Part shown: positions 21,033 through 31,898 of the stretch, in pieces
Layout of the letters: each line of letters begins with the position of its first letter
Numbering within the stretch: the stretch's first letter is position 1
From: Rudaea sp.
GTDB lineage: Bacteria > Pseudomonadota > Gammaproteobacteria > Xanthomonadales > Rhodanobacteraceae
DNA: 64,000 bases
NCBI GenBank assembly: GCA_025451955.1
Contig: JANWJJ010000128.1
Span: forward strand, 10,629-74,628
Direction: 5' to 3'
Translations under genes and position numbers: made by a program
Notes under the pieces: generated by a model
Seen by the model: the letters and a program-made list of their open reading frames with translations, nothing else
Told to the model about the DNA's origin: nothing
Databases searched by the model: none

Positions 21033-22373
21033 ATGACAGAAAAAAAATACTTCGGCACCGACGGCATCCGCGGCCGTGTCGGCACGCCGCCGATCACGGC
21101 GGAATTCATGCTCGGCCTGGGCCGCGCGGCGGGCCGCGTGCTGACCGGAGCCGGGCGTGCCACGGTGCTGATCGGCAAGGACACGCGCATTTCCGGCTAC
21201 ATGCTCGAATCCGCACTGGAGGCCGGGCTGGTTTCGGTCGGTGCTGATGTGCGCCTGCTCGGGCCGATGCCGACCCCGGCGGTTGCGTACCTCACGCGCG
21301 AACTCGGTGCCAGCGCCGGCATCGTCATCAGCGCATCGCATAATCCTTATTGGGACAATGGGATAAAGTTCTTTTGTGGAAAAGGGGAAAAGTTGGCGGA
21401 CGAGGTCGAGCTGGCGATCGAGCGCGATCTCGATGCGCCAATTTCCGTCGCAGTGCCGGAGCGTATCGGCAAGGCTGCGCGGGTGGACGATGCGGCTGTG
21501 CGCTATGCGCAATCCTGCCGCGCCGCGGTGCCAGGGCTGGATCTGTGCGGTCTGCGCATCGTGCTAGATTGCGCGCATGGCGCGACCTACCACATCGCGC
21601 CCAAACTCTTTGCCGAGCTCGGTGCACAGGTCAGCGCGATCGGAGTGCAGCCGGATGGTCTGAATATCAACCGCGACTGTGGCGCGACGCATCCGGCGGC
21701 ACTGCAGGCGGCGGTGATCGAGCAATGTGCCGATCTCGGCATCGCTTTTGATGGTGATGGCGATCGCGTACAGATGGTCGATCATGCCGGCAATCTCGCC
21801 GACGGCGACGATTTGCTCTACATCCTGGCCCGCGACCGTCACGAACGCGGCGTGCTGCGCGGGCCAGTCGTTGGCACGCTGATGACCAACTTCGGTATCG
21901 AGCGCGCCATCGCCGCGCTCGGGGTGGAATTCCTGCGTGCCAAGGTTGGCGATCGCCATGTGCTGCAACTGCTGCGTCAGCACGGCGGCACGCTCGGCGG
22001 CGAGGCCTCCGGTCACATGTTGTGTCTGGAGCGTGCGCCGACCGGCGACGGCATCGTCAGCGCGCTATTGGTGCTGGACGTACTCAAGCGCCGGGCCACG
22101 ACGCTGGCGCAGGCGCGCGCGCCGCTGCACCGCGTGCCGCAGCTCACCCTCAATCTGCAACTGGCCGATGGCGCGGCGCTGATTGCGCAGCCGCAAGTGC
22201 AGACCGCGCTCGCGCAGATCGCACACGCGCTGCGCGGTCGTGGACGTGTCGTGCTGCGCGCGTCCGGCACCGAACCGCTGGTGCGAGTGACGGTGGAGGG
22301 CGACGATGCCGGCGAAGTCGAGCAACTCGCCACGCGCCTCGCCGACGCCGTAAAATCGGCCGCGCCCACCTGA
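21033..22373 (+). CDS. glmM: Phosphoglucosamine mutase
   Basis: [36 protein letters not shown]. Confidence 0.96.
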   Translation: MTEKKYFGTDGIRGRVGTPPITAEFMLGLGRAAGRVLTGAGRATVLIGKDTRISGYMLESALEAGLVSVGADVRLLGPMPTPAVAYLTRELGASAGIVISASHNPYWDNGIKFFCGKGEKLADEVELAIERDLDAPISVAVPERIGKAARVDDAAVRYAQSCRAAVPGLDLCGLRIVLDCAHGATYHIAPKLFAELGAQVSAIGVQPDGLNINRDCGATHPAALQAAVIEQCADLGIAFDGDGDRVQMVDHAGNLADGDDLLYILARDRHERGVLRGPVVGTLMTNFGIERAIAALGVEFLRAKVGDRHVLQLLRQHGGTLGGEASGHMLCLERAPTGDGIVSALLVLDVLKRRATTLAQARAPLHRVPQLTLNLQLADGAALIAQPQVQTALAQIAHALRGRGRVVLRASGTEPLVRVTVEGDDAGEVEQLATRLADAVKSAAPT

Positions 22374-22381
22374 GCGTCGTC

Positions 22382-23320
22382 ATGCAACATCGCATTCCCA
22401 CTCTCGACATCCGTCGTTACGACAGCGATCGCGATGCCTTCGTCGCCGAACTCGGTGTGGCGTATCGCGAATGGGGTTTTGCCGGAATCCGCGGCCATGG
22501 CATCGACAAGTCGCTGATCGATCGCGCCTACGACGCGTTCGTGGATTTTTTTGCGCTGCCGGCCGAAACAAAACGGCGCTATCACCTGAAAGGTACCGGC
22601 GGCGCGCGTGGCTACACGCCGTTCGGCATCGAGACAGCCAAGGATTCGCGCTATCCCGATTTGAAGGAATTCTTCCATATCGGCCGCGAACTGCCGGCGG
22701 GATCGAAATTCGCCGAGGTGATGCCACCGAATGTGTGGCCGAACGAGGTTGCCGGATTCCACGAAAACGGACTGGCCTTGTACCACGCGCTCGATGCGCT
22801 CGGTTCGCGCGTGCTGCGCGCACTGGCCCTGCATATCGGCTTGGTGGAAAACTTTTTCGACGCCAAGACGAATTTCGGCAACTCGATCCTGCGCCCGATC
22901 CATTATCCGCCGATCACGTCCATCGATGTGCCGAACGTGCGCGCAGGCGCGCACGAGGACATCAACTTCATCACCTTGCTGGTCGGCGCCAGCGCGGTGG
23001 GGCTGGAAGTCAAATCGCGCAAAGGCGAGTGGGTGCCGTTCACGGCGGATGCCGACACCATCGTCGTCAACATCGGCGACATGCTGCAACGCCTGAGCAA
23101 TCACGTATATCCGTCGACCACGCACCGCGTCGTCAATCCGCCCGGCGAAGCCGCACGTCAACCGCGCTATTCGGTGCCGTTTTTCCTGCATCCGAATCCG
23201 GATGTGGTGCTCGATCCGCTGCCGCAGTGCGTGAGCGCGGAAAATCCGCGTCGCTACGACACCTCGATCACCGCGAATGAATATCTGCAAGAGCGCTTAC
23301 GCGAGATCAAGCTGATCTAG
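22382..23320 (+). CDS. 2OG-Fe(II) oxygenase, isopenicillin N synthase family
   Basis: GAHEDINFITLL, NIGDML, STTHRV, RYS. Confidence 0.9.
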   Translation: MQHRIPTLDIRRYDSDRDAFVAELGVAYREWGFAGIRGHGIDKSLIDRAYDAFVDFFALPAETKRRYHLKGTGGARGYTPFGIETAKDSRYPDLKEFFHIGRELPAGSKFAEVMPPNVWPNEVAGFHENGLALYHALDALGSRVLRALALHIGLVENFFDAKTNFGNSILRPIHYPPITSIDVPNVRAGAHEDINFITLLVGASAVGLEVKSRKGEWVPFTADADTIVVNIGDMLQRLSNHVYPSTTHRVVNPPGEAARQPRYSVPFFLHPNPDVVLDPLPQCVSAENPRRYDTSITANEYLQERLREIKLI

Positions 23321-23378
23321 GCTGCGCCGTTTGCGCTACTATGCGCAAATCCATTGAATGTCGGCAGGGGAAATCCAA

Positions 23379-24785
23379 ATGTTCCGTCGCCTGAATTTCT
23401 GCTGGCTGCTGCTGGCGCTGGCGTCCTTCGGTGCGCAGGCAACGACCTATACCGTCACCTCGAACGCGGATAGCGGCGGCACTTGTCCGGCCAGTTGCAC
23501 GCTGCGCGGCGCCATTGCCGCGGCCGCCAGCGGCGACACCATTGTGTTCAGCGGCGGCATGACGATCACTCTGGCCAGCACGTTGACCCTTGCCAACAGC
23601 GTGACCATCGATGCCGGTGGGCATACTGTTGCGGTGGATGGCAACAACACCGTCACCGTGTTTCAGGTCAATTCCGGCGCAACGGTGCAGATCATCCATC
23701 TGACGATCCAGAACGGATTGAGCGCCACCGGCGGCGGCATCTACAACGCAGGCACGCTGACGCTGACCGACAGCACACTGTCGGGCAATCGCGCCAGCGG
23801 CGCCAATGGCACGTTCGGCGGCATCGGCGGCGATGGCGGCGCCGGCGGCAGCGGGCAGGGCGGCGGCATCTACAATGCCGGTACGCTGACCCTGATCGAC
23901 AGCACGCTGTCGGGCAATCGCGCCATTGGTGGCACCGGTGGCACCGGTGGCCCCGGCATCGGGAGCAACGGCGGCAACGGCGGCAACGGCGGCGCCGGCA
24001 CGGGGGGCGGTATCTACAATTCCGGCACGCTGACCCTGAGCAACAGCACGCTGTCGGGCAATCGCGCCAGTGGCGGCGCCGGAGCCGCCGGTGGCGGCGG
24101 TGGCATGGGTGCCCCCGGCTTACCTGCCCCACCTGGCTTCCCCGGCTTCCCCGGCTTCGCCGGCGGCAATGGTGGCAATGGCGGCAGCGGTGGCAGCGGC
24201 TCGGGCGGCGGGATCTACAATAATTCCGGCACGCCGGCGCTGACTAACAGCACGCTGTCCGGCAATGGCGCCAGCGGCGGCTCCGGTGGTCTCGGTGGTG
24301 TCGGTGGCTTTGGTGGCCCCGGTGGCATCGGCACCCCTCCGGGCCCCCCCGGCGCCAACGGTGCCAACGGTAACGCTGGCAGCAACGGCGCGGGCAGCGG
24401 TGGTGGCGTGAACACGGCAAGTGGCACCGTCACTTTCATCAACACCATTGTCGCGGATGGCTGTGCGGGAACCCAAACCGATGGCGGTGGCAACATCGAT
24501 ACCGGCGCGAACTGCGGTTTCGGCGGCAGTTCGCAGAGCAATGTTTCCACGCTCTATCTTGGTGCACTGGCCAACAACGGCGGCCCGACGCAGACGATGC
24601 TGCCCGGTGCGGGCAGCTCAGCAATCAACGCGATCGCTTGTGTGAACGCGCCATCGACCGACCAGCGCGGCATGCTGCGACCCGATCCGGCCAGTGCGGT
24701 GATGGCGAAACCCTGCGATGCGGGCGCAGTGGAAGTCGGTTCGATTTACGACGAAATTTTCTTCGACGGATTCGATGGGCAATAG
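23379..24785 (+). CDS. Secreted Gly-rich beta-helix repeat protein (CSLREA-like N-terminus, choice-of-anchor Q-like region, C-terminal DEIFFDGFD motif)
   Basis: Signal peptide, SCTLRGAI, four GGGIYN.GT..L..STLSGN repeats, LANNGGPTQT, DQRG, CDAGAVE. Confidence 0.8.
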   Translation: MFRRLNFCWLLLALASFGAQATTYTVTSNADSGGTCPASCTLRGAIAAAASGDTIVFSGGMTITLASTLTLANSVTIDAGGHTVAVDGNNTVTVFQVNSGATVQIIHLTIQNGLSATGGGIYNAGTLTLTDSTLSGNRASGANGTFGGIGGDGGAGGSGQGGGIYNAGTLTLIDSTLSGNRAIGGTGGTGGPGIGSNGGNGGNGGAGTGGGIYNSGTLTLSNSTLSGNRASGGAGAAGGGGGMGAPGLPAPPGFPGFPGFAGGNGGNGGSGGSGSGGGIYNNSGTPALTNSTLSGNGASGGSGGLGGVGGFGGPGGIGTPPGPPGANGANGNAGSNGAGSGGGVNTASGTVTFINTIVADGCAGTQTDGGGNIDTGANCGFGGSSQSNVSTLYLGALANNGGPTQTMLPGAGSSAINAIACVNAPSTDQRGMLRPDPASAVMAKPCDAGAVEVGSIYDEIFFDGFDGQ

Positions 24786-24807
24786 TTGCGGTCGCGAAGT
24801 GCATGCC

Positions 24808-25917
24808 ATGATCCGCCGACTGCTCGGTGTGGGCATTGCGGTGCTGCTTACTGCCTGTGCAAGCACGCCGCGCAAACTGCCTATGCATGCGGCGATACCG
24901 CCGATCCGCCATGTGTTCGTGATCGTGCTCGAGAACGAACCGTTTGAAGTCACGTTCAACGCGCAGTCGCTTGCACCCTATCTTGCCAACGACTTGCCGC
25001 AGCAAGGCGCATTGCTGCGCAACTATTACGCCATCGGCCACAATAGTCTCGACAATTACATCGCCATGATCAGCGGGCAGGCACCGAATCCCGACACGCA
25101 GGGCGATTGTCCCGTGCTTCGCGATTTCGTGCGTACGCATCCCGGACTCGACGCGAATGGTCAGGCGCTCGGCGCGGGTTGTGTCTATCCGGCGGACGTA
25201 AAAACCTTGCCCGATCAACTCGAACACGCCGGGCTTAGCTGGAAAGGTTACATGGAAGACATGGGCGCCGATCCGGCGCGCGAGGCGTCGACCTGCGGCC
25301 ATGTCGCGATTGGCGCGCACGATGTCACCAATCACGCGACGCCGACGGATCAATACGCCGACAAACATAATCCTTTTGTATACTTTCACTCGATCATCGA
25401 CGATCGCGCACGCTGCGCGGCGCATGTGCTCAATCTCGATGCGCTGAAGCGGGATTTGCGCCGCGCAGCGAGCACGCCGAATTATTCCTACATCGTGCCC
25501 AACCTGTGCCACGACGGCCACGATGCGCCGTGCAAGAACGGCGAACCCGGCGGATTGATTTCCGCCGATGCGTTTCTGCGCGAATGGGTGCCGCGGATTC
25601 TTGCCTCGCCCGCGTTCAAGCGCGACGGTTTGCTGATCGTGACCTTCGACGAAGGCACCGACGGCAATGCCTGCTGCGACGAGCGGCCATTGCCGGGCGG
25701 TCCGCAACCGGGCGTGTTCGGTTCTGGTGGCGGCCGCACTGGTGCCGTGCTGCTGTCGCCATTCATCAAACCCGGCACGGTGTCGGTGCGGGATTACAAC
25801 CACTATTCCTTCCTGCGCAGCATCGAGGATTTGTTCGGACTTGATCACCTCGGCTACGCCGCCGCGCCGCAGTTGCGACCATTCGGAACGGACGTTTATA
25901 CGGCCGCGCAACGCTGA
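24808..25917 (+). CDS. Phosphoesterase-family (acid phosphatase/PLC-like) lipoprotein
   Basis: Lipobox LTAC, HVFVIVLENE, HNSLDNY, KHNPF, DGHD, VTFDE, YNHYS. Confidence 0.88.
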   Translation: MIRRLLGVGIAVLLTACASTPRKLPMHAAIPPIRHVFVIVLENEPFEVTFNAQSLAPYLANDLPQQGALLRNYYAIGHNSLDNYIAMISGQAPNPDTQGDCPVLRDFVRTHPGLDANGQALGAGCVYPADVKTLPDQLEHAGLSWKGYMEDMGADPAREASTCGHVAIGAHDVTNHATPTDQYADKHNPFVYFHSIIDDRARCAAHVLNLDALKRDLRRAASTPNYSYIVPNLCHDGHDAPCKNGEPGGLISADAFLREWVPRILASPAFKRDGLLIVTFDEGTDGNACCDERPLPGGPQPGVFGSGGGRTGAVLLSPFIKPGTVSVRDYNHYSFLRSIEDLFGLDHLGYAAAPQLRPFGTDVYTAAQR

Positions 25918-25927
25918 TCCGTGCGCG

Positions 25928-26743
25928 TCAATCCGGCGCGCGAAAATTCTTCGAGCGCTTCTGTGTCATGCGCAAGGCGAAGCGGTCCGGCAGCAGTTTC
26001 ATCAGCGCCTTGATCGCGCGATTGACGCGGCCTGTCACGCAGACGATCTCGCCGCGCTCGACCGCCACCATGCCGATGCGCGCGACTTGGTCGGCGCTCT
26101 GCCACATCCAGCGTGGCATTTTCGCCACGATACCGCGCGTGCCGGTGACATCGTGGAATTCCGAGTAGGTGAATCCCGGGCAGACCGCACAAACATTCAC
26201 GCCGTGCGCCGTGTTTTCCAGGGCGAGGGATTGCGAGAACTTGATCAGGAAGGCCTTGGACGCGCCGTACAGCGTGTGCCCCGCCGATCCCGGCACGAAG
26301 CCGGCGAGTGAGGCGATATTGACGATGCAACCGTAACCGCGTTGCTGCATCGCCGGCAATAATTTGTATACAAGTTCGCAGGGCGCGGTCATCATCACCT
26401 GAATGAAATCCGCGTGCGTCTGCCAGGTTGGCGTGAGAAAACTTCCCGGCACACCGTAACCGGCATTGTTCACCAGAATGTCGATGGCGATGCCGCGGCG
26501 CGCGATTTCGGCGCAGAGTTTTTCCGGCGCAGTCGCATCGGCCAGATCGGCGGCGATGCATTCGGTACGCACGCCGTAGTGCGACAATAGTTCTGCCGCG
26601 AGCGTAGTCAGGCGATCTTCGCGCCGCGCCGTCAACACCAGCGCTACGCTACGCGCGGCCAGCTCGCGTGCGAACGCGGCGCCGATGCCGGCGGAGGCGC
26701 CGGTGACAAGCGCCCAACGCGAGATTTGCGGATTAGGATTCAT
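25928..26743 (-). CDS. Short-chain dehydrogenase/reductase
   Basis: TGASAGIG, NNAG, YGASK, CPGFT. Confidence 0.92.
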   Translation of the reverse strand: MNPNPQISRWALVTGASAGIGAAFARELAARSVALVLTARREDRLTTLAAELLSHYGVRTECIAADLADATAPEKLCAEIARRGIAIDILVNNAGYGVPGSFLTPTWQTHADFIQVMMTAPCELVYKLLPAMQQRGYGCIVNIASLAGFVPGSAGHTLYGASKAFLIKFSQSLALENTAHGVNVCAVCPGFTYSEFHDVTGTRGIVAKMPRWMWQSADQVARIGMVAVERGEIVCVTGRVNRAIKALMKLLPDRFALRMTQKRSKNFRAPD

Positions 26744-26816
26744 GTCCGGATTCTAGCGCGTTGCGTCCGCTACTCTGCGCCGTTATCCTCGCCGGCCTCG
26801 AATCACGGGGATTGTC

Positions 26817-27566
26817 ATGCGCCGCAAACTCGTTGCCGGAAACTGGAAAATGCACGGCTCGCGCGCGAGCGCGAAGGCGTTGCTCGATGCCATCGCTGCG
26901 GCTGCGCCGTCGGCTTGCGACATCGCCATTTTTCCACCGTTTCCATATCTGACCGAGTTGATCTGGCAGCAGGCGAAATCGGGGATCGCCTTCGGTGCAC
27001 AGGATGTCAGCGAGCACGCGCAGGGCGCTTACACCGGCGATGTCGCCGCGGCAATGGTCAAGGATATTGGCGCGACGCACGCCCTGGTCGGCCATTCCGA
27101 ACGCCGCCAGTACCATGCGGAATCGAACGAAATCATCGCGGCGAAGTTTGCCCAGGCGCAGGCCGTCGGGCTGGTTCCGGTGCTGTGTGTCGGCGAGACG
27201 CTGGCGCAACGCGATGCCGGCCAGACGCAAACGGTGATTGCCGCGCAACTCGATGCCGTGCTGGTGCGCTGTGGGATTGCCGCGTTCGCGCAGGCTGTCG
27301 TTGCCTATGAGCCGGTCTGGGCCATCGGCACCGGACGCACGGCGACACCGGCCCAAGCCCAGGAGGTCCACGCCTTCATCCGTGGCAAACTGGCTCGCGA
27401 GGATGCTACAATTGCAGGCTCACTGCAGCTGTTGTATGGCGGCAGCGTCAAGCCGGACAATGCGGCCGGGCTGTTCGCCCAGGCGGACATCGACGGCGGG
27501 TTGATCGGCGGCGCATCCCTCGTCGCCGCGGATTTCCTCGCGATTTGTGCCGCGGCACAGACGTGA
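26817..27566 (+). CDS. tpiA: Triosephosphate isomerase
   Basis: AGNWKM, GHSERR, AYEPVWAIGTG, YGGSV. Confidence 0.97.
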   Translation: MRRKLVAGNWKMHGSRASAKALLDAIAAAAPSACDIAIFPPFPYLTELIWQQAKSGIAFGAQDVSEHAQGAYTGDVAAAMVKDIGATHALVGHSERRQYHAESNEIIAAKFAQAQAVGLVPVLCVGETLAQRDAGQTQTVIAAQLDAVLVRCGIAAFAQAVVAYEPVWAIGTGRTATPAQAQEVHAFIRGKLAREDATIAGSLQLLYGGSVKPDNAAGLFAQADIDGGLIGGASLVAADFLAICAAAQT

Positions 27567-27585
27567 TCCAGCAGGTCGAAAAACA

Positions 27586-28038
27586 ATGTTACTGACTTTC
27601 CTCAACGTCATTTACGTGCTGGTCGCCATCGGCATGACGATCCTGATCCTGCTGCAAAGCGGCTCGGGCGCACAGGCCGGATCGGGTTTTGGCGGCGGCG
27701 CTTCGGCCACCGTGTTCGGTGCGCGCGGCGCAACCACCTTCCTTTCGCGCGCCACGGCGGTACTCGCCGGCGCGTTCTTCGTGCTCAGCATCATCATGGG
27801 CATCTATGTCGGTCATCCCGGCACGGCCCAGCCCGGTGCGGATCTCGGCATTATGGGCGCGGCGGTGCAGACGCCCGCGGTCAAGACGCCGACCACCGCA
27901 CCTGCGGCACCGACCACCGGCGACGTGCCGAAAGCGCCCGCCGCGGCGGGATCGGACAAACCCGCGCCGACGCCGGTTCCGGCCGCTGCGCCGGAAAAGA
28001 AAGACGGCGGCACACCCGACGCGCCGAAGAAGAATTAA
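27586..28038 (+). CDS. secG: Preprotein translocase subunit SecG with long Pro/Ala-rich tail
   Basis: ILLQ.G.GA.AGSGFGGGASATVFGARG; between tpiA and tRNA-Leu. Confidence 0.93.
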   Translation: MLLTFLNVIYVLVAIGMTILILLQSGSGAQAGSGFGGGASATVFGARGATTFLSRATAVLAGAFFVLSIIMGIYVGHPGTAQPGADLGIMGAAVQTPAVKTPTTAPAAPTTGDVPKAPAAAGSDKPAPTPVPAAAPEKKDGGTPDAPKKN

Positions 28039-28049
28039 GATCAACCCCA

Positions 28050-28134
28050 GCCCAGATGGCGGAATTGGTAGACGCACTACCTTGAGGTGGTAGCGACTTA
28101 GGTCGTGGGGGTTCGAGTCCCCCTTTGGGCACCA
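28050..28134 (+). tRNA. tRNA-Leu(GAG)
   Basis: 85 nt, ctacc-ttGAGgt-ggtag anticodon arm, long variable arm, GTTCGA, CCA end. Confidence 0.96.
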
Positions 28135-28145
28135 TGAACAAACTT

Positions 28146-28169
28146 AAGCCCGCGTACGCGGGCTTTTTT
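28146..28169 (+). terminator. Intrinsic terminator after tRNA-Leu
   Basis: aagcccgc-gtac-gcgggctt followed by T-run. Confidence 0.85.
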
Positions 28170-28290
28170 GTCGATCGCATCCGGACCGAATACCACAATG
28201 CCGGTTGTTGCCAGCATTGCGCAAAGCCACGCGCACATGCGAAAATTCCAAGGCTTCGCACTGCGTTGAAGCCTTGGAGGTTTGCATCCC

Positions 28291-28647
28291 GTGCTGGCCG
28301 GATATCTGCCCATCTTGTTGTTCCTGATCGTCGCCGGCGGCATCGGCGTGGCCCTGATCGGCATTGGCGCGGTGCTTGGTCCGCGCAGCGCGAACAAGGA
28401 AAAATCCGAAGCCTACGAATGCGGCTTCGAGGCCTTCGAGGATGCGCGCATGAAGTTCGACGTGCGTTATTACCTCATCGCCATCCTGTTCATCATCTTC
28501 GATCTGGAAATTGCCTTCCTGTTTCCGTGGGCGGTGGTGTTCAAGCAGATCGGCCTTGTCGCCATGATCGAAATGGGCAGCTTTCTATTGCTGTTGATTC
28601 TGGGATTCGTTTACTGCTGGAAGAAGGGCGCGCTGGAATGGGAGTGA
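28291..28647 (+). CDS. nuoA: NADH-quinone oxidoreductase subunit A
   Basis: YECGF, FDVRYY, FDLE, GALEWE; GGAGG before GTG. Confidence 0.95.
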   Translation: MLAGYLPILLFLIVAGGIGVALIGIGAVLGPRSANKEKSEAYECGFEAFEDARMKFDVRYYLIAILFIIFDLEIAFLFPWAVVFKQIGLVAMIEMGSFLLLLILGFVYCWKKGALEWE

Positions 28648-29225
28648 CCGACACTACCGTCGAGAAAGGCCTGTTCCACAACCCGGTGCCGATCGGGCCG
28701 GTGGAAGACATCCTGCGACCGGGCGCCGACAATCCGCTGATCGAACGCGGCTTCGCCACGGCATCGCTGGACAGCCTCATCAACTGGGCGCGCACCGGCT
28801 CGATGTGGCCGATGACCTTTGGCTTGGCTTGCTGCGCAGTCGAAATGATGCATGCCGGCGCGGCGCGTCTGGATCTGGATCGTTACGGCGTGGTGTTTCG
28901 CCCGAGTCCGCGTCAGTCCGACGTGATGATCGTGGCCGGAACCTTGGTCAACAAGATGGCGCCGGCCTTGCGCCGCGTCTACGACCAGATGCCGAATCCG
29001 AAATGGGTGATCTCGATGGGTTCGTGCGCCAATGGTGGCGGCTACTACCATTATTCCTATGCCGTGGTGCGCGGCTGCGACCGCATCGTGCCGGTCGACA
29101 TTTATGTGCCAGGCTGCCCGCCGACGGCCGAAGCCTTGATCTACGGTATTCTGCAATTGCAGAAGAAAATCCGCCGCACGACGAATTTTTCAAAGCCGGC
29201 CATTGCGAAGCAGGGCAAAACATGA
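28638..29225 (+). CDS. nuoB: NADH-quinone oxidoreductase subunit B
   Basis: [23 protein letters not shown]. Confidence 0.96.
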   Translation: MGVTDTTVEKGLFHNPVPIGPVEDILRPGADNPLIERGFATASLDSLINWARTGSMWPMTFGLACCAVEMMHAGAARLDLDRYGVVFRPSPRQSDVMIVAGTLVNKMAPALRRVYDQMPNPKWVISMGSCANGGGYYHYSYAVVRGCDRIVPVDIYVPGCPPTAEALIYGILQLQKKIRRTTNFSKPAIAKQGKT

Positions 29226-29956
29226 GCGCGGACACCGCGACGCTGGCCCAACGCATCAGTGCGCGCCTTGGCGACAAGATCGCCGGCGTGCATGAATGGC
29301 GCGGCGAAACCACGATCGAGGTCTTGCCGGAAAACTGGCTGGCGGTCGCCAGGACTTTGCGAGACGACGCGGACTTGCATTTCGAGCAATTGGTCGATGT
29401 CTGCGGTATCGACTATCTGAGCTACGGTCAGGTCGAGTGGGATACCACCGATGTCACCTCGACCGGATTCTCGCGCGGCGTGGAAGGCGAGGGCGCGGGC
29501 CGTTTCGATTGGGCCGAGCGTCCGCGCATCGGGCCGGGTCACAAGCGTTTCGCGGTGGCCGTGCAATTGTTGTCGATCGCGCACAACGCCCGTGTGTGCA
29601 TGCGCTGCCACGCACAGGACGACAGCCTGCCGCTGGTGCCGTCGCTGACCGGATTGTGGTCCGCGGCCGACTGGTTCGAGCGCGAGGCGTTCGATCTGTT
29701 CGGCATCGTCTTCGATGGCCATCCGGATCTGCGCCGCATCCTCACCGATTACGGTTTCGTCGGTCATCCGTTCCGCAAGGATTTCCCACTAATCGGCAAT
29801 GTCGAGGTGCGCTACGACGAAGTCCAGCAGCGCGTGATCTACGAACCGGTGACCAGCGTCGAGCCGCGCGTGCTGGTGCCGCGCGTGATTCGCCACGATT
29901 CGCGTTACGTCCAGGCGCAGGCGGAAGCCGCCGCCGCCATTCCTGCGCAAAAGTAA
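29222..29956 (+). CDS. nuoC: NADH-quinone oxidoreductase subunit C
   Basis: [30 protein letters not shown]. Confidence 0.96.
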   Translation: MSADTATLAQRISARLGDKIAGVHEWRGETTIEVLPENWLAVARTLRDDADLHFEQLVDVCGIDYLSYGQVEWDTTDVTSTGFSRGVEGEGAGRFDWAERPRIGPGHKRFAVAVQLLSIAHNARVCMRCHAQDDSLPLVPSLTGLWSAADWFEREAFDLFGIVFDGHPDLRRILTDYGFVGHPFRKDFPLIGNVEVRYDEVQQRVIYEPVTSVEPRVLVPRVIRHDSRYVQAQAEAAAAIPAQK

Positions 29957-29968
29957 AGAAGTATAAAA

Positions 29969-31222
29969 ATGCAGGAAATCAAGAACTATACGATCAACTT
30001 CGGCCCGCAGCATCCTGCCGCGCATGGCGTGCTGCGCCTGGTGCTGGAGATGGATGGTGAAACCGTGATGCGCGCCGATCCGCATATCGGTCTGCTCCAT
30101 CGTGGCACCGAAAAACTGGCCGAATCCAAACCGTTCAACCAGTCGATCGGCTACATGGACCGTCTGGATTACGTGTCGATGATGTGCAACGAACACGCCT
30201 ATGTGCGCGCGATCGAGAAGCTGCTCGGTGTCGAGGCGCCGCCGCGGGCGCGGTATATTCGTACACTTTTTGACGAAATCACGCGCATCCTCAATCACCT
30301 GATGTGGATCGGCTCGAACGGACTCGATCTCGGCGCGATGGCGGTGTTTCTGTACGCGTTTCGCGAGCGCGAGGAATTGATGGATTGCTACGAAGCAGTC
30401 AGCGGCGCGCGCATGCACGCAACGTATTACCGGCCCGGTGGCGTTTACCGGGATCTGCCGGACAAGATGCCGCAGTATCGCGAATCGCGCTGGCACAAGG
30501 GCAAGGATCTGACCCAACGCAATGCCTGGCGCGAAGGCTCGATGCTGGATTTTCTCGACGCCTTCACCGCGGATTTTCCGCACAAGGTCGACGAATACGA
30601 AACCCTGCTCACCGACAATCGTATCTGGAAACAGCGCACCGTCGGCATCGGCGTGGTCTCGCCCGAACAGGCGCTGGCCTGGGGCATGAGCGGGCCGATG
30701 CTGCGCGGTTCCGGTGTCGAATGGGATCTGCGCAAGAAGCAACCTTACGCGATGTACGATCAGATGGATTTTGATATTCCGGTCGGCGTGCAAGGCGATT
30801 GCTACGACCGTTACTTGGTGCGCGTCGAGGAAATGCGCCAGTCCAACCGCATCATCCGGCAATGCGTGAGCTGGCTGCGCGCCAATCCCGGTCTGGTGAT
30901 GATCGAGAATTACAAAGTCGCGCCGCCCAAGCGCGAGGAAATGAAGGAAAGCATGGAAGCACTGATCCATCATTTCAAATTGTTCACCGAAGGCTATTGT
31001 GTGCCCGAAGGCGAAACCTATTGCGCGGTCGAGGCGCCCAAGGGCGAGTTCGGTTGCTACCTGATTTCCGACGGCGCGAACAAACCGTTCCGGGTCAAGC
31101 TGCGCGCGCCGAGTTTTGCGCATCTGGCATCGATGAATGAGATCGTGCGCGGTCACATGCTGCCCGATGTCGTCGCCATGATCGGCACCTACGATGTCGT
31201 TTTCGGAGAGGTCGACCGATGA
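29969..31222 (+). CDS. nuoD: NADH-quinone oxidoreductase subunit D
   Basis: [26 protein letters not shown]. Confidence 0.97.
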   Translation: MQEIKNYTINFGPQHPAAHGVLRLVLEMDGETVMRADPHIGLLHRGTEKLAESKPFNQSIGYMDRLDYVSMMCNEHAYVRAIEKLLGVEAPPRARYIRTLFDEITRILNHLMWIGSNGLDLGAMAVFLYAFREREELMDCYEAVSGARMHATYYRPGGVYRDLPDKMPQYRESRWHKGKDLTQRNAWREGSMLDFLDAFTADFPHKVDEYETLLTDNRIWKQRTVGIGVVSPEQALAWGMSGPMLRGSGVEWDLRKKQPYAMYDQMDFDIPVGVQGDCYDRYLVRVEEMRQSNRIIRQCVSWLRANPGLVMIENYKVAPPKREEMKESMEALIHHFKLFTEGYCVPEGETYCAVEAPKGEFGCYLISDGANKPFRVKLRAPSFAHLASMNEIVRGHMLPDVVAMIGTYDVVFGEVDR

Positions 31223-31746
31223 AAGCCAGCGGCCACTATGCAGAAGTAAAAGACATCGATCCGCTGGCCGTGTTGAACGCCCAGACGCGCTCACATATCG
31301 ACCATTGGGCGTCGAAGTTTCCGCCGGAGCGCAAACGCTCGGCTGTGATTCAAGGCTTGATGGCAGCGCAGGAACAGAACAACGGTTATCTGACCGATGA
31401 ACTGATCGCCGCGGTCGCGAAGTATCTCGATTTGCCGGCGATCTGGGCCTATGAAGTGGCGAGTTTCTACTCGATGTTCGAGACCCATTCGGTCGGACGC
31501 AACAATGTTGCAATCTGTACAAATATAAGTTGCTGGCTGAATGGCGGTGAAGGCATCGTCCGCCACTGCGAGAAGAAACTCGGTATCAAGGTCGGCGAAA
31601 GCACGGCTGATGGCCGCGTCTATCTGAAGCCGGAAGAGGAATGCCTCGCCGCGTGCTGTGGTGCGCCGATGATGGTGGTCAATGGGCATTATTACGAGAA
31701 CCTGACACCGGATGCTGTCGACAAGATTTTGGATGAACTGAAGTAA
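31219..31746 (+). CDS. nuoE: NADH-quinone oxidoreductase subunit E
   Basis: [20 protein letters not shown] [2Fe-2S] ligands. Confidence 0.96.
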   Translation: MKASGHYAEVKDIDPLAVLNAQTRSHIDHWASKFPPERKRSAVIQGLMAAQEQNNGYLTDELIAAVAKYLDLPAIWAYEVASFYSMFETHSVGRNNVAICTNISCWLNGGEGIVRHCEKKLGIKVGESTADGRVYLKPEEECLAACCGAPMMVVNGHYYENLTPDAVDKILDELK

Positions 31747-31755
31747 AAGAATGCT

Positions 31756-31872
31756 CGTCATTCCGGCGGGGATTGCCGGAATCCAGAGGCCAGGATGGCA
31801 AGGCAACATGAATGCAACACCACCGCCGGCATCCATGCAGTCTGGATGCCGGCAATCCCTGCCGGCATGACG
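31756..31872. repeat. REP doublet (family A), nuoE-nuoF
   Basis: cgtcattccggcggggattgccggaatccag ... ctggatgccggcaatccctgccggcatgacg in inverted orientation. Confidence 0.92.
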
Positions 31873-31898
31873 GCAGGGAGGTTTGAGGCTTTGAGGTT

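Noticed and set aside
28050-28290. Prophage or island integrated at tRNA-Leu or tRNA-fMet
   Set aside because: No integrase and no duplicated tRNA 3' end; core genes follow directly.
28125-28637. Long upstream extensions in the ORF track (nuoB, nuoC, nuoN, pabB, maf, moxR)
   Set aside because: They overlap upstream genes; recognisable homology starts at the later codons used here.
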